A stretch of 64,000 nucleotides of DNA from an uncultured Planctomycetia bacterium (GCA_938003765.1 CALKYE010000254.1:29197-93196), one strand, 5' to 3'. Shown: positions 1 through 10,396, counted from the first letter of the stretch. Notes: generated by a model from the sequence alone, not told the origin. Program-made: numbers and translations.

Positions 1-2
1 CC

Positions 3-2423
3 GCCGGTGTTTCCGCCGCTCGAGCGCAGCGGCGTGCGGCGCACGGGCGCGTTGACGCACTGCACACCGCCTTGGAACGGCGTGGCGGAGGCGCCGAACA
101 CGCCGTAGTAGAGGAGGCCTGGACGTTGATTGAGCACGTTCGCGGCCGTGATGACGAAGGGCGTCGTCCCGACGAGCGCGACGCTCGGTTCACCGCTCCA
201 TCCGATCGACGGCGTGCAGCCCAGGCTGTTCACCTTCGCGGTGCAGTAGCTGCGCAGCGCGCCGCACGGATTCGACCAGCGCGCGATCCCCCGCGAGGGG
301 ATGCCCACGAAGTCGAAGTGGCCGCCGATGAACAGCGCGCGCGAGCCGCCGCTCTCGTCTTCGAAGGCTTCGAGGTCGAAGGGTTCCCCAACGGGCGATG
401 CCGGGCCCGCGGCCGCGAACGTCTCCATCTGTCCGTTGCGGAAGCGCTGGCCGCCTCCCGTGTAGAGCGCCGGACCGCTTCCGTCGTCGAACACTTCGAG
501 TTCCCAGCCGTCGTATTCCGCTGTGAGCGGATATGACGTCCACGCTGCGCCGTCGAAGCGATAAAGGGCGTCGAGCCCGCCTGCGAACAGCTCGGGACCC
601 GAGCCGTCGTCGAACACAGCGCCGGAGAGGAAGCTGACGCCGGCCGGCAGGCCGGTGGTCGGCAGCGCCGTCCACTGCGTTCCATCCCAGCGGTGAGCGG
701 GTGAGGGTTGCGCTCCCAGCGCGTAGAGCTCCTCGCCCAACGGACCGGGCGGGTCGAACACCAACAGCTCCGCGACGTTGGTCACGAGTCCAGGAACGTC
801 GTGCCAGGTCGTACCGTCCCAGCGCGTGACCCTCCAGGTCAACGGCGAGCTCGGGTTGGACGGCGCGGCGTACAGCTCCGCGCTCGCGGCGCCGGGCGCT
901 CGATAGCTCGCGAATGCCCGCACCCGCGTCGGGCCGTTCGTCCCGAGCTGACTCCAGCTGCCGCCGTCGAACCTCCAGACGGAGTTGGGAAGGTCCGCGG
1001 AGACCACCAGCACCTCGGCGCCGACGCTGGGGTCGAACCAAGCGGTGACGGCGTCGATGAAAGCGCCGCTGATCGGGCTGGACGGAAGGGTCGACCAAGC
1101 GACGCCGTCCCAGAGCGCGAGGCCGAACGGGTGTGAGCCGCTGCTGAGAGCGAAGCCGCGTCCGCTGACGGCGAGCTTCGCGCGACCGTCGCGGGGATCG
1201 AGCCAGCGGGCGAGCGAGACGACCTCGGGATCGTCGAAGTATCCCACCTGGAAACTGGGAGCGATCGGCGGCGTCAGGCTCATCGCCGCCGGCGCCATGA
1301 CTTGACTCCAGGTTCCCGCGCCGAAGCGCGCGATGCGCTGCGCGTCGAGCCACGGCCCGTTGATCGGCTGTAGCCAGGTGAACTGGCCGGCGGTGTAGAG
1401 CTGCTCACCGCCGCCGGTTCCATCGTTGTGGAAGGCCAGCGCGAGCGGGACACCGTTGGAGAGGTCCTGGACCAGACGAGTCCAGCCTGCGGCCGGTGTC
1501 CAACGCTGGACGAAGCCCGCGAACATTCCGCCACACGCGTAAAGAGCGAGGTCCGCGCCTTCCTGACGCACGATGAGATCGTGCACCGAGTGCGCGCCGT
1601 CCACTGTGAGAAGCGAGGTCCAGTTCGAGCCGTCCCACACCGCCACGCCGCTGTCCACGCCCAGCAGCCGCTGACCGCCCACCACGAGCCAGCGCTGCCC
1701 CGGCCCCGCGTCGTAGGAGACCATCGCGCGCAGGATCGCGTCGGCGCCCAGCGCGGCGCCGACTCCCGCCCAGTTCGCGCCGTCCCAGCGCACGACCCGC
1801 GCTCCGCCGTCGCGCGCCGCGAACAGACTCGGACCGCTGCCGTCGTCGTGGACGGCGAACGCGCGAACGGTTCCGCTGAGTCCGCCGCCAACCTGGCTCC
1901 AGCTCGCGCCGTCCCAGCGCGCGACCCGCGACGTGCTCGTCGCGCCGCTCGACGTGAACCCGCCGCCGGCGTAGAGCGCTGAACCGCTGCCGTCGTCGAA
2001 GCTCTGGAGCGCCAGCACGGGCCCGCCGGTCAGTCCGGCGCCGAGCGCAGACCAACTCGCGCCGCTCCAACGCGCGACTCGAGTCGCCGAGGTGGCCCCC
2101 GAGGCTTTGAACGCGCCGCCGGCGTAGAGCTTCGGCCCGCTGCCATCGTCGTGGACTTCGAGGGCGTTGACCGCTCCGTCGAGCCCGGCTCCGAGCGCGC
2201 TCCACTGCTCGCCATCCCAGACGGCCACGTGCGCAGCGGCGACAGCGCCGGCCCCGTTGAATCGACCGCCGGCGTAGAGCTTGAGCCCCGCTCCGTCGTC
2301 GAAGCGCTTCAGCTCCTCGACCTGATCGTCGAAGCCGCCGCCGTGGAACGTGGGCGTGAACTGCGGGCATTGCGCCACAGCGAAGTTGGCGCAAGTGAGG
2401 GCGATCGCGAGACGCAGCATCAT
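3..2423 (-). CDS. Secreted beta-propeller-like repeat protein with the shared Cys-containing C-terminal module; 3' end cut by the window edge
   Basis: Absent from the ORF track because the frame stays open to the left edge. Hand translation from ATG 2423 gives the signal peptide MMLRLAIALTCANFAVAQ. It is followed by ~55-aa repeats (VAVWDGEQWSALGAGLDGAVNALEVHDDGSGPKLYAGGAFK..., ARWDGASWSQVGGGL...). Bases 3-248 translate to YCTAKVNSLGCTPSIGWSG...GLLYYGVFGASATPFQGGVQCVNAPVRRT, which matches the C-terminus of 31105..32091. The repeats are paralogous to 25918..28599. Confidence 0.8.
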   Translation of the reverse strand, partial: MMLRLAIALTCANFAVAQCPQFTPTFHGGGFDDQVEELKRFDDGAGLKLYAGGRFNGAGAVAAAHVAVWDGEQWSALGAGLDGAVNALEVHDDGSGPKLYAGGAFKASGATSATRVARWSGASWSALGAGLTGGPVLALQSFDDGSGSALYAGGGFTSSGATSTSRVARWDGASWSQVGGGLSGTVRAFAVHDDGSGPSLFAARDGGARVVRWDGANWAGVGAALGADAILRAMVSYDAGPGQRWLVVGGQRLLGVDSGVAVWDGSNWTSLLTVDGAHSVHDLIVRQEGADLALYACGGMFAGFVQRWTPAAGWTRLVQDLSNGVPLALAFHNDGTGGGEQLYTAGQFTWLQPINGPWLDAQRIARFGAGTWSQVMAPAAMSLTPPIAPSFQVGYFDDPEVVSLARWLDPRDGRAKLAVSGRGFALSSGSHPFGLALWDGVAWSTLPSSPISGAFIDAVTAWFDPSVGAEVLVVSADLPNSVWRFDGGSWSQLGTNGPTRVRAFASYRAPGAASAELYAAPSNPSSPLTWRVTRWDGTTWHDVPGLVTNVAELLVFDPPGPLGEELYALGAQPSPAHRWDGTQWTALPTTGLPAGVSFLSGAVFDDGSGPELFAGGLDALYRFDGAAWTSYPLTAEYDGWELEVFDDGSGPALYTGGGQRFRNGQMETFAAAGPASPVGEPFDLEAFEDESGGSRALFIGGHFDFVGIPSRGIARWSNPCGALRSYCTAKVNSLGCTPSIGWSGEPSVALVGTTPFVITAANVLNQRPGLLYYGVFGASATPFQGGVQCVNAPVRRTPLRSSGGNTG

Positions 2424-2679
2424 CTTGGAAGCTCGCTTCCGGCCCGCTGGCCGGGGGAAGAGGTGCGAGGGTCGAGCGTTCGCTGGCGCCGAACGCCGAA
2501 CGACATTGCAGCACCTCTGCGCCGATCCGGCTACGACGGGCGCGTTTCACAAGAGCTCCTTCGACGAGCTCAGTCCATCGATCGTCGCGGCGCGTGCAGC
2601 TCCTTCACGAACACTCGCTGGCGCGCGATGCGATCTGCGGCGGCGACGCGCTGCGCAGCAGCGCTACGATGCGAGCTCC

Positions 2680-5388
2680 TTGAGCTCGACAACCACATGG
2701 GCGGCGCTGGGTGGTCTCGCGATGGTCACGGCGGCGGCTTGCACGCTCAGCCTTGGCGAGGACGAGGCGGTGGAACTGAGCGGCTTCGACGCCACGCAGC
2801 GACTCGAGGCTGAGTTGCTCGCGGCGCAGTTGCGCTGCGCGGCGTGCCATGCGGCGCCCGAGGCCACGCGCATCGAGCCCGTGGCCGCGCCCGTGCTCGA
2901 TGGCGTCGGCGCGCGCAAGTCGCCCGCGGGACTGCGCAAGTGGCTCAGCGACCCGCACGGCGCGAAGCCGGGCACGGCGATGCCCGATTTGCTCGCTGCG
3001 CTGCCCGAACGCGAGCGCGAGGACGTGCTCGACGCGCTGGTGCACTACCTCGCGGCGCAGGGCGGCCCGCTCGAGCCGCGCGAAGAGACCGTCGACGTGC
3101 GCACGCTCGAAGAGGGCCGCAGGCTCTATCACTCGGTCGGCTGCGTCGCCTGCCACGCGCCGCAGGAGTCGCTCGACGACCTGGACTCGCCGACGTGGGA
3201 TTTCGAGGCCGACGAAGCGCTCGCGCCAGCCGTTGCGGCCGATCTGGGCGCGCCGGCGTTCGACACGACCCTCGAGGCGCTGACGCGCTTCCTCATCGAC
3301 CCGCTCGCCGTGCGTCCGTCCGGTCGCATGCCCGCGCTGCACTTGAGCGACGAGGAAGCGCGCGCGATCGCGACGTACCTGCTCCGCGAGCAGTGCGACG
3401 GCGACTCGCTGAGCTGGGCGCCGGGTTGGGAGGCGCAGTACTTCGAATACGAGGGCCCGTTTCCGGACCTCAACCAACTGCAGCCGGTGCGCGAGGAAGT
3501 CGTGCTCGAGCTCGACGAGCTGCCGGACGGACACCGCGCCGACTACTTCGCCTATCGCTTCCGGGGCTTCGTCGAAGTCCCGCAGAGCGGCGAGGTCGAG
3601 TTCACGACGCGCTCCGACGACGGCGCGCGACTGTGGGTGGACGAGACGTTGATCATCGACGAGTGGCACGACCAGGCCCCGGCGAATCACTCGGGGACGC
3701 TCTGGCTCGAGCGCGGCCGCCACGCGCTCGAAGTGTGGTGCTTCGAGATCCAAGGCGGACAGGAGTTCGCGCTGCAGTGGAAGTTGCCCGGCGGCGAGCG
3801 GGTCACGCTCCCGGCGCAGGCCGTCGTTCACGCGGGGCTGCGCATGAAGCCGACGGTCGACGAGTTCGCGCTCGATGCGAGCAAGGTGGAGCGCGGTCGC
3901 GCCGAGTTCGCGCGGCTGGGCTGCGCGGCGTGCCACGCGATCGAAGGGCGTGAGCCTCACGTCGCCCCGCTGCGACCACCGCCGCTCGCTGCGTTGCGCT
4001 CACGCAACTCCGAGGGTTGCCTCAGCGCCGTTCCACGCGCACGTGCGCCGCACTTCGACCTCGACGACGAGCAAGTGCTCGCCTTGCGCACGCTGCTGCT
4101 CCAGCCGCAGCGCCTGAGCACGCCGCGCGACGGCGCCGAGCAGGCGCACGCGCAGCTCTCGCAGCTCGGCTGCTACGCCTGTCATCGCCGCGGTGAGCAA
4201 GGCGGGCCCGACGCGTCGCGCTCGGGCTACTTCCGGCCGACGACCGAACTCGACCTCGGTGACGAAGGCCGTCTCCCGCCGCACCTGGACGGCGTGGGCG
4301 CGAAGCTCAAGCTCGAAGCGCTGGAGGGCGTGCTCGAGAGCGGGCGAGGCGTGCGGCCTTATCTCGCCACGCGCATGCCGCAGTTCGGCGCGCACAACGT
4401 CCGCGGGCTCGCCCAACTCCTCGTCGAAGTCGACGGCGAACCCGGCGACTCGCTCGCGCCGCCGTTCGACGCCGCGCACATCGAAGCGGGCCGCAAGCTC
4501 GCGGGCTCGAAGGGCCTGGGCTGCATCCAGTGCCATTCGTTCAACGGCGTCGAGTCGCTCGGCATTCCGGCGGTCGACCTCGGGCTCGTCGCGGAGCGCT
4601 TGCAGCCGCGCTGGTTCCAGCGCTTGCTGCTCGATCCGCGCTCGGTCGGAATGAACTCGCGCATGCCGATCCTGTGGCAAGAGGCCAGCGACGGAACGCT
4701 GCTCAGTCCGGTGAAGGAGCTGTGCGGCGGAGATCCGAGCGCGCAGATCGACGCGCTGTGGTCGTACCTCTCGCTCGGCGCGGCCATGCCGATCCCCGAG
4801 GGCCTCGACACGCCGGACTCGGAGTACGAGCTCATCCCGGATGACGAGCCGCTGATGTGCGCTGTGTTCCTCGAGGACGCGAGCCCGCGCGGGATGATGG
4901 TCGGCTTCCCCGAGGGCGTGCACTACGCCTTCGACGTCGAGCATTCGCGACTGGCGTGGATGTGGCGCGGGCGCTTCTTCAACGCCAAGGGCACCTGGCG
5001 CGCGCGAGCGGGAGCGCTCGAGCGGCCGCCGACGGCCGACGCCTATCGCTTCTCGGGAGGCTTGCCGTTCGCCTTCGACGCGCCGCGCGGCGTCGATGAG
5101 TGGCCCACGATTTCGCGAGACGAAGCGCGCTACCGGCGCTTGGGCTGGCGCTTCGACAGCGCTCGCGTACCGGTCTGGCGCTACGCCTTCGGCGAGGTCG
5201 TGATCGAGGAGCGCATCGTTCCACGGATCGAGTCGGGCCGCGCCGCGCTCGTTCGCGAGTTCACACTCAGCGCGCCGCGCGCGATCGACAACCTGTACTT
5301 CGACATCCTCGAGCGGCGTCGCGTGGAGGGCTGGAAGCGCGAAGGCGACGTCTTCGTGACGCGGTTCACCCAGGAGGTGGCGCTGTGA
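2680..5388 (+). CDS. Multi-haem c-type cytochrome with an internal PA14 domain
   Basis: Five CxxCH motifs (CAACH, CVACH, CAACH, CYACH, CIQCH). PA14-like segment GWEAQYFEYEG...FALQWKLPGG. The track start at 2350 is an Arg-rich over-extension. TTG 2680 gives a lipoprotein-like MSSTTTWAALGGLAMVTAAAC; ATG 2722 is the alternative start. Confidence 0.8.
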   Translation: MSSTTTWAALGGLAMVTAAACTLSLGEDEAVELSGFDATQRLEAELLAAQLRCAACHAAPEATRIEPVAAPVLDGVGARKSPAGLRKWLSDPHGAKPGTAMPDLLAALPEREREDVLDALVHYLAAQGGPLEPREETVDVRTLEEGRRLYHSVGCVACHAPQESLDDLDSPTWDFEADEALAPAVAADLGAPAFDTTLEALTRFLIDPLAVRPSGRMPALHLSDEEARAIATYLLREQCDGDSLSWAPGWEAQYFEYEGPFPDLNQLQPVREEVVLELDELPDGHRADYFAYRFRGFVEVPQSGEVEFTTRSDDGARLWVDETLIIDEWHDQAPANHSGTLWLERGRHALEVWCFEIQGGQEFALQWKLPGGERVTLPAQAVVHAGLRMKPTVDEFALDASKVERGRAEFARLGCAACHAIEGREPHVAPLRPPPLAALRSRNSEGCLSAVPRARAPHFDLDDEQVLALRTLLLQPQRLSTPRDGAEQAHAQLSQLGCYACHRRGEQGGPDASRSGYFRPTTELDLGDEGRLPPHLDGVGAKLKLEALEGVLESGRGVRPYLATRMPQFGAHNVRGLAQLLVEVDGEPGDSLAPPFDAAHIEAGRKLAGSKGLGCIQCHSFNGVESLGIPAVDLGLVAERLQPRWFQRLLLDPRSVGMNSRMPILWQEASDGTLLSPVKELCGGDPSAQIDALWSYLSLGAAMPIPEGLDTPDSEYELIPDDEPLMCAVFLEDASPRGMMVGFPEGVHYAFDVEHSRLAWMWRGRFFNAKGTWRARAGALERPPTADAYRFSGGLPFAFDAPRGVDEWPTISRDEARYRRLGWRFDSARVPVWRYAFGEVVIEERIVPRIESGRAALVREFTLSAPRAIDNLYFDILERRRVEGWKREGDVFVTRFTQEVAL

Positions 5389-6839
5389 TCACGCTCGCTT
5401 TGCTCGCGGCGCTCGGGCCGCAGGACTCGACGCCCGACCCGCGCTCGGAAGCGCGCTACTACGCCGTCGAGACGCTCGCGCTCCCCGAGCACGTCGAACT
5501 CGAAGTCGGCGGTCTGCTCGCACGCGCCGATGGCTCGATCCTCGCCTGCACGCGGCGCGGAGAAGTGTGGTGCATCCGCGATGCGTTCAGAGCGGGCCGC
5601 GAGCCGCGCTTCGTGCGCTTCGCGCAGGGTCTGCACGAGCCGCTCGGCCTCGTCGAGCACCAAGGCTGGATCTACGTGGCGCAGCGCGGCGAGCTCTCGC
5701 GGATGCGCGACGTCGACGGCGACGATCGGATGGACGAGCTCGAGACCGTGTGCGACGCGTGGAGCGTGTCGGGCAACTACCACGAGTACAACTTCGGCCC
5801 CGCGCTCGCGCCCGACGGCTCGCTGTGGATCACGACCAACAAGCCCTTCGGAGACGAGCCCTTCGGACGCGCGAAGTGGCGCGGGTTCGCGCTGCGCATC
5901 GGACTCGACGGTTCGATGCAGCCGATGTGCGCGGGGCTGCGCTCGCCGGCCGGCATCGGCGCGGCGCCGTGGGGCGATTTGTTCTACACGGACAATCAGG
6001 GCGAGTGGTGCGGCGCGAGCAAGCTCGCGCACCTCGAGCCCGGCGACTTCCACGGCCATCCGTGGGGCGCGTTTTCGTGCGACGACCCGCTGTGGACGTT
6101 CTCCAAGCCCGGCGAGGCGCCGAACGGCGTGCTGATGCCCGAGGTCGCCGCGACGATGGCGAGCTTCAAGCTTCCGGCCGTGTGGTTTCCCTACGACAAG
6201 ATGGGGCGCTCGCCCGCGGGCTTCGTGTGGGACGAGTCGAGCGGCGCCTTCGGGCCGTTCGCGGGGCAGATGTTCGTCGGCGATCAGTACCAGTCGTCGG
6301 TGATCCGCGTGCAGCTCGAGAAGGTCGGCAAGCGTTGGCAGGGCGCGTGCTTCCCGTTCCGCCGCGGGCTGTCGAGCGGCGTCGTGCGCGTCGCGTGGGA
6401 CGGACGCGGCGGCCTGTTGTGCGGGCTCACCGACCGCGGCTGGGGGAGCCTGGGCAATCGCACGCACGGCCTCGAGCGCCTCACGTGGACCGGCGAGACG
6501 CCGTTCGAGATCCGCGCCATGCACGCGCGGCCCGACGGCTTCGAGCTCGAGTTCACCGCGCCGGTCGAACTCGCGTCGGCGTCCGAGCCCGCGAACTACC
6601 AGTTCTCGAGCTACACCTACTTGCTGCACGAGAACTACGGCAGCGACGAGGTCGACAAGCGTGAGCTGAGCGTGCGCGAGGCGCGCGTCTCCGACGATCG
6701 GCTCAGCGTGCGTCTGGTCGTCGAGGGCCTGCGCGAGGGCTACGTGCACGAACTCGCCTGCGGCGTGGCGCAGGCGGGCGGGACGCACCTCGTGCACGAC
6801 AAGGCGTACTACACTCTGATCGAGCTGCCCGCGAAGTGA
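5385..6839 (+). CDS. Glucose/sorbosone-dehydrogenase-like beta-propeller protein (PVC-type putative membrane-bound dehydrogenase domain)
   Basis: GTG 5385 overlaps the upstream stop (GTGA), with AGGAGG 8 nt upstream. Shares motifs with 11563..14235: RRGEVW/RRGQVW, GLHEPLGL/GLHEGLGL, FYTDNQGEW/FYTDNQGDW, GDFHGHPW/GAFFGHPA. Confidence 0.7.
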   Translation: MITLALLAALGPQDSTPDPRSEARYYAVETLALPEHVELEVGGLLARADGSILACTRRGEVWCIRDAFRAGREPRFVRFAQGLHEPLGLVEHQGWIYVAQRGELSRMRDVDGDDRMDELETVCDAWSVSGNYHEYNFGPALAPDGSLWITTNKPFGDEPFGRAKWRGFALRIGLDGSMQPMCAGLRSPAGIGAAPWGDLFYTDNQGEWCGASKLAHLEPGDFHGHPWGAFSCDDPLWTFSKPGEAPNGVLMPEVAATMASFKLPAVWFPYDKMGRSPAGFVWDESSGAFGPFAGQMFVGDQYQSSVIRVQLEKVGKRWQGACFPFRRGLSSGVVRVAWDGRGGLLCGLTDRGWGSLGNRTHGLERLTWTGETPFEIRAMHARPDGFELEFTAPVELASASEPANYQFSSYTYLLHENYGSDEVDKRELSVREARVSDDRLSVRLVVEGLREGYVHELACGVAQAGGTHLVHDKAYYTLIELPAK

Positions 6840-7942
6840 TGCCGTCCGCACCGATCGAGTCGAGCCGTCTGCGCGCGGCGTTGTTGGCCGTCGCCATCGC
6901 GCTCTCGTCCGCGGCGCTGGCGGCGCCGGCGCGAGCCTGGCCGGGCGACGACGTCAGCGCCAAGATCACGCGGCTGCGCGACTCGCGCATCAGCGTCGAC
7001 GAGCGCGAGCGGCTGTGCGGCGAGCTCCTCGCGCTGGGGCCCAGCGGCGCGGGCGCGCTGGCGACGCTGGCGAGCGAGCAGGTCGAGCGCGCGACGAAGA
7101 ACGCGGCCAAGCTCGAGACGCGCTACTTCAAGGACTTCGAGAAGGCGGCGCTCAAGCTGGTGGACGCGCGCTCGACCAAGGCGGCGCTCGCGGCGGTCGA
7201 CGAGGCGCGCACCGCGGTGCGCAAGCTGCAGAGCAAGGCCGATCTCTCGAAGTCCGATGTCGAGCAGGTCGGCGACCCCGCAGTGGCCAAGCTGCGCGAG
7301 GTGTTCGAGGTCACGCCCGAGCAGGTCGCCGAGGCGAACGCGGCGCTGGCCGCGCAACGCGAGGAGCTCTCGCAGGCCTGGTGGCAGGCGAGCGATTGGT
7401 TCGACACGGCTCAACGCGCGCTGCGCGTGCTCGGCGACACCAAACGCGCCGGGCCCAGCGATCCGACGGCGCGCTGGGACGACTTGGTCGCGCAGGAGGT
7501 GTGGCTGTGCACGCTCGCGCTGCCGATGAGCCCGGGCGATCGACGCACGCTGCTCCAGAACCGCGAACTGGCGCCGCAGATCGACCCCGAGGAAGCCGCG
7601 GGCGTGCTCGACCTCAACCAGTTGCGCCTGTTGCTCGGCCTCAACGCCGTCGCGATCGACGTGAAGCTGTGCGACGCGTCGCGCGACCACTCGAACGACA
7701 TGCGCACGCTCGGCTTCTTCGCGCACGAGTCGCCCGTCGAGGGCAAGAAGACGCCGTGGGATCGCGCTGCGCGCTTCGGCACGAGCGCGGGGGCCGAGAA
7801 CATCGCCGCGGGACAAACGACGGGCGCCGGCGCCAACCGCGCCTGGTGGTACAGCCCCGGACACCACAAGAACATGCTCGGCGGGCACTCGCGCATCGGC
7901 CTGGGCCGCAGCGAGACGCACTGGACGCAGATGTTCGGTTGA
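6836..7942 (+). CDS. Secreted CAP/SCP-domain protein with a helical N-terminal region
   Basis: Signal peptide ...ALSSAALAAPARA. C-terminal CAP-like motifs: HSNDMRTLGFFAHESP, GENIAAG, WYSPGHHKNML, IGLG...HWTQMFG. The start (GTG 6836 or ATG 6839) overlaps the upstream stop. Confidence 0.8.
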   Translation: MMPSAPIESSRLRAALLAVAIALSSAALAAPARAWPGDDVSAKITRLRDSRISVDERERLCGELLALGPSGAGALATLASEQVERATKNAAKLETRYFKDFEKAALKLVDARSTKAALAAVDEARTAVRKLQSKADLSKSDVEQVGDPAVAKLREVFEVTPEQVAEANAALAAQREELSQAWWQASDWFDTAQRALRVLGDTKRAGPSDPTARWDDLVAQEVWLCTLALPMSPGDRRTLLQNRELAPQIDPEEAAGVLDLNQLRLLLGLNAVAIDVKLCDASRDHSNDMRTLGFFAHESPVEGKKTPWDRAARFGTSAGAENIAAGQTTGAGANRAWWYSPGHHKNMLGGHSRIGLGRSETHWTQMFG

Positions 7943-7960
7943 GAGGTTGAGCGTCACACG

Positions 7961-8851
7961 ATGAAGGAGCCGATCGAAGTCGACCTCGCGTCGCTGCGGG
8001 CCAAACCCGGTCGGCGCGTGCGCCTGGATCGGTGGGCGACGCGGCAGGCGCCGCTGTACGCGAGCAAGAAGGAAGCGAAGGAGCGGCTCGAAGCCGGCGC
8101 GCGCGAACTCGCCGCGCTGCAGGAGCGCCTTTACGCGCACAACCGCTACGCGCTGCTCCTGATCTTCCAGGCCATGGATTCGGCCGGGAAGGACGGCGCG
8201 ATCCGGCACGTGATGTCCGGCGTGAACCCGCAGGGCTGTCAGGTGTTCAGCTTCAAGCACCCCAGCGCGGAGGAGCTCGACCACGACTTCCTGTGGCGCA
8301 CGCACCGCGCGCTCCCCGAGCGCGGCCGCATCGGCATCTTCAATCGCTCGTACTACGAGGAGGTGCTGATCGTGCGGGTGCAGCCGCAGATCCTGCGCGC
8401 GCAGAGCCTTCCCGAGCCGACGCTGCGCTCCAAGAGCTTCTGGGAGGAGCGCTACCGCTCGATCGTCGAGTCCGAGGAGCACCTCGTCCGCAACGGCACG
8501 CGCGTGGTGAAGTTCTTCCTGCACCTCTCGCGCGAGGAGCAGCGCCAGCGCCTGCTCGCGCGCATCGACGATCCGGAGAAGAACTGGAAGTTCTCGGGCG
8601 CCGACCTCGAGCAGCGCCGCGCGTGGGGCGACTACATGGACGCGTACGAGCGCTGCATCACCGCCACGAGCACCGCGAGCGCGCCCTGGTACATCGTGCC
8701 CGCCGACGACAAGTGGAACGCGCGCCTCTCGATCTCGAGCGTCGTGCGCCAGACGCTGCGCGGACTGGACCTCGACTTCCCTCGGGCGAACGCTGAACGC
8801 CGCGCCGAGTTGGCCGAGTATCGCCGCCAGCTCGAGTCGGACGCGGAGTGA
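7961..8851 (+). CDS. ppk2: Polyphosphate kinase 2 (PPK2) family phosphotransferase
   Basis: Single-domain, 296 aa. P-loop-like [29 protein letters not shown] and [10 protein letters not shown] are typical of PPK2. Confidence 0.85.
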   Translation: MKEPIEVDLASLRAKPGRRVRLDRWATRQAPLYASKKEAKERLEAGARELAALQERLYAHNRYALLLIFQAMDSAGKDGAIRHVMSGVNPQGCQVFSFKHPSAEELDHDFLWRTHRALPERGRIGIFNRSYYEEVLIVRVQPQILRAQSLPEPTLRSKSFWEERYRSIVESEEHLVRNGTRVVKFFLHLSREEQRQRLLARIDDPEKNWKFSGADLEQRRAWGDYMDAYERCITATSTASAPWYIVPADDKWNARLSISSVVRQTLRGLDLDFPRANAERRAELAEYRRQLESDAE

Positions 8852-8861
8852 CGCCGTCGCC

Positions 8862-10325
8862 ATGCGCATGCGCGAGCGAGCGTTCGAGATCGCCGGCGTA
8901 GCGCTCGGCGTCGTCGCGCTCGCGCTGAGCTGGAGCGCCTCGTCGCTCTATGGACTGGGGATCGACGCCGACGGCGTGTGGAACCTGTCCGCGGGCGTGA
9001 GCCTGGTCGAAGGTCGCGGGCTCGTGACCTGCCGCGACGAGCCGTTCACGCTGTGGCCGCCGCTGTACCCGCTGGTGATGGCGGCGCTCGAGTTCGCGCG
9101 CGTCGACGTCCTCGCCGGACTGCGCGTGCTGCATCTGGTTGCGCTCGCCGCGACGCTCGCGCTCAGCGCACGGTTGGCGTTCGTGCTCTCGGGCTCGCGC
9201 TGGGCCGTCCTCGCGACGCTCGGCTCGCTGGCGCTGTCCTCGCGCGTGCACGAGTTCACGATCCAGGTGTTGTCCGAGACGTTCTTCGTCCCGCTCGTGC
9301 TCGGCGCAGTGGTCGCCGCTCGCGCGTGGTTCGAGAGTCCGACGCGCTCGCGTTGGGTCGCGCTGGTCGCCCTCAGCGCCCTCGCGTGCCTGCAGCGCTA
9401 CGTCGGCGTCGCGGTCGTGCTTACGGTGGGCGGCGCCCTGCTCTGCGCGGGGCCCGGCGGTTTGGGCTCGCGTGCGTTGCGAGCCACGCACTACGCGGCC
9501 GCGTCGGTGGCGCCGCTGCTCGCCTGGTTCGCGCGCAACTACCGCATCGAAGGCGCGTTCACCGGCGGTCGCGATGCGGCCATCGAGCCGTCAGAGGCGA
9601 TCGCGAGCGACACGCTGAGCACGCTCGCGCGCTGGATCGTTCCGGACGGCGCGCCGCAGTGGGTCGCGGCCGTGCTCTACGCGCTCGCGGCCGTGCTCGT
9701 CGCGCGCGGGCTGCTCGATCCGCAGCGCCGCCGCGATTGGGCCCTGAGCGCGTCGACAGCCGGCGTGTACCTCGTCCTGGTGGTCGCCATGGCCACCGCG
9801 GTGCGCGTCGATCGCATCGCCGATCGGCTGCTCTACCCCGCGCTCCCGCTGCTCGTGGCGCTCGTCTGGGCGAGCTGCTTCCGCGCGGTGAGCTCGCCGC
9901 GCGTGCTGGCCGCGTTCGTCATCGTCGCGCTCGCGAGTTGGAGCGCAGGTGCGCTGCGGCTCGTCGGCCACTACGAGCGCTGGCGCAGCGATGGGGCCGG
10001 CACGCTCCACACGCGCCTGTGGCAGGAGCACGCGCTGACGCACGATCTGCGCCGCCTCTCGATCCGCGGGCCGTGCTGGTCGAACGCGCCGGAATTGGTG
10101 TGGATGCTGCAGCGGATCCCCGTGCGCTTCCTCGCGCCCGGATCGCGGGCCTGGACGCGCGCTGGAGAGCAAGCCGCGTTGAGCGGCGGGTCGTTGGCCT
10201 GGTTCCAGCAGGATGGCAAGCCCAAGGGCGCGCTGCCCGAGCTCGCGCGACTCGCGCGCACCAGTCCTCTCGCCGCGGTGGAGGACGGGCTGCTGCTGCG
10301 CCTCCATCCTGCGGACGAGCGCTGA
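8862..10325 (+). CDS. Polytopic membrane protein, GT39/ArnT-like glycosyltransferase (tentative)
   Basis: Multiple hydrophobic helices. N-terminal loop DADGVWNLSAG...EPFTLWPPLYPL resembles the PMT/ArnT family. No unambiguous signature. Confidence 0.5.
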   Translation: MRMRERAFEIAGVALGVVALALSWSASSLYGLGIDADGVWNLSAGVSLVEGRGLVTCRDEPFTLWPPLYPLVMAALEFARVDVLAGLRVLHLVALAATLALSARLAFVLSGSRWAVLATLGSLALSSRVHEFTIQVLSETFFVPLVLGAVVAARAWFESPTRSRWVALVALSALACLQRYVGVAVVLTVGGALLCAGPGGLGSRALRATHYAAASVAPLLAWFARNYRIEGAFTGGRDAAIEPSEAIASDTLSTLARWIVPDGAPQWVAAVLYALAAVLVARGLLDPQRRRDWALSASTAGVYLVLVVAMATAVRVDRIADRLLYPALPLLVALVWASCFRAVSSPRVLAAFVIVALASWSAGALRLVGHYERWRSDGAGTLHTRLWQEHALTHDLRRLSIRGPCWSNAPELVWMLQRIPVRFLAPGSRAWTRAGEQAALSGGSLAWFQQDGKPKGALPELARLARTSPLAAVEDGLLLRLHPADER

Positions 10326-10396
10326 TCGTCCCGGGTGAGGACTTTCGCGCGCCGAGCGGTCGCTGCACACTTGTGCGCCCTCTCCAATCCCCACGC

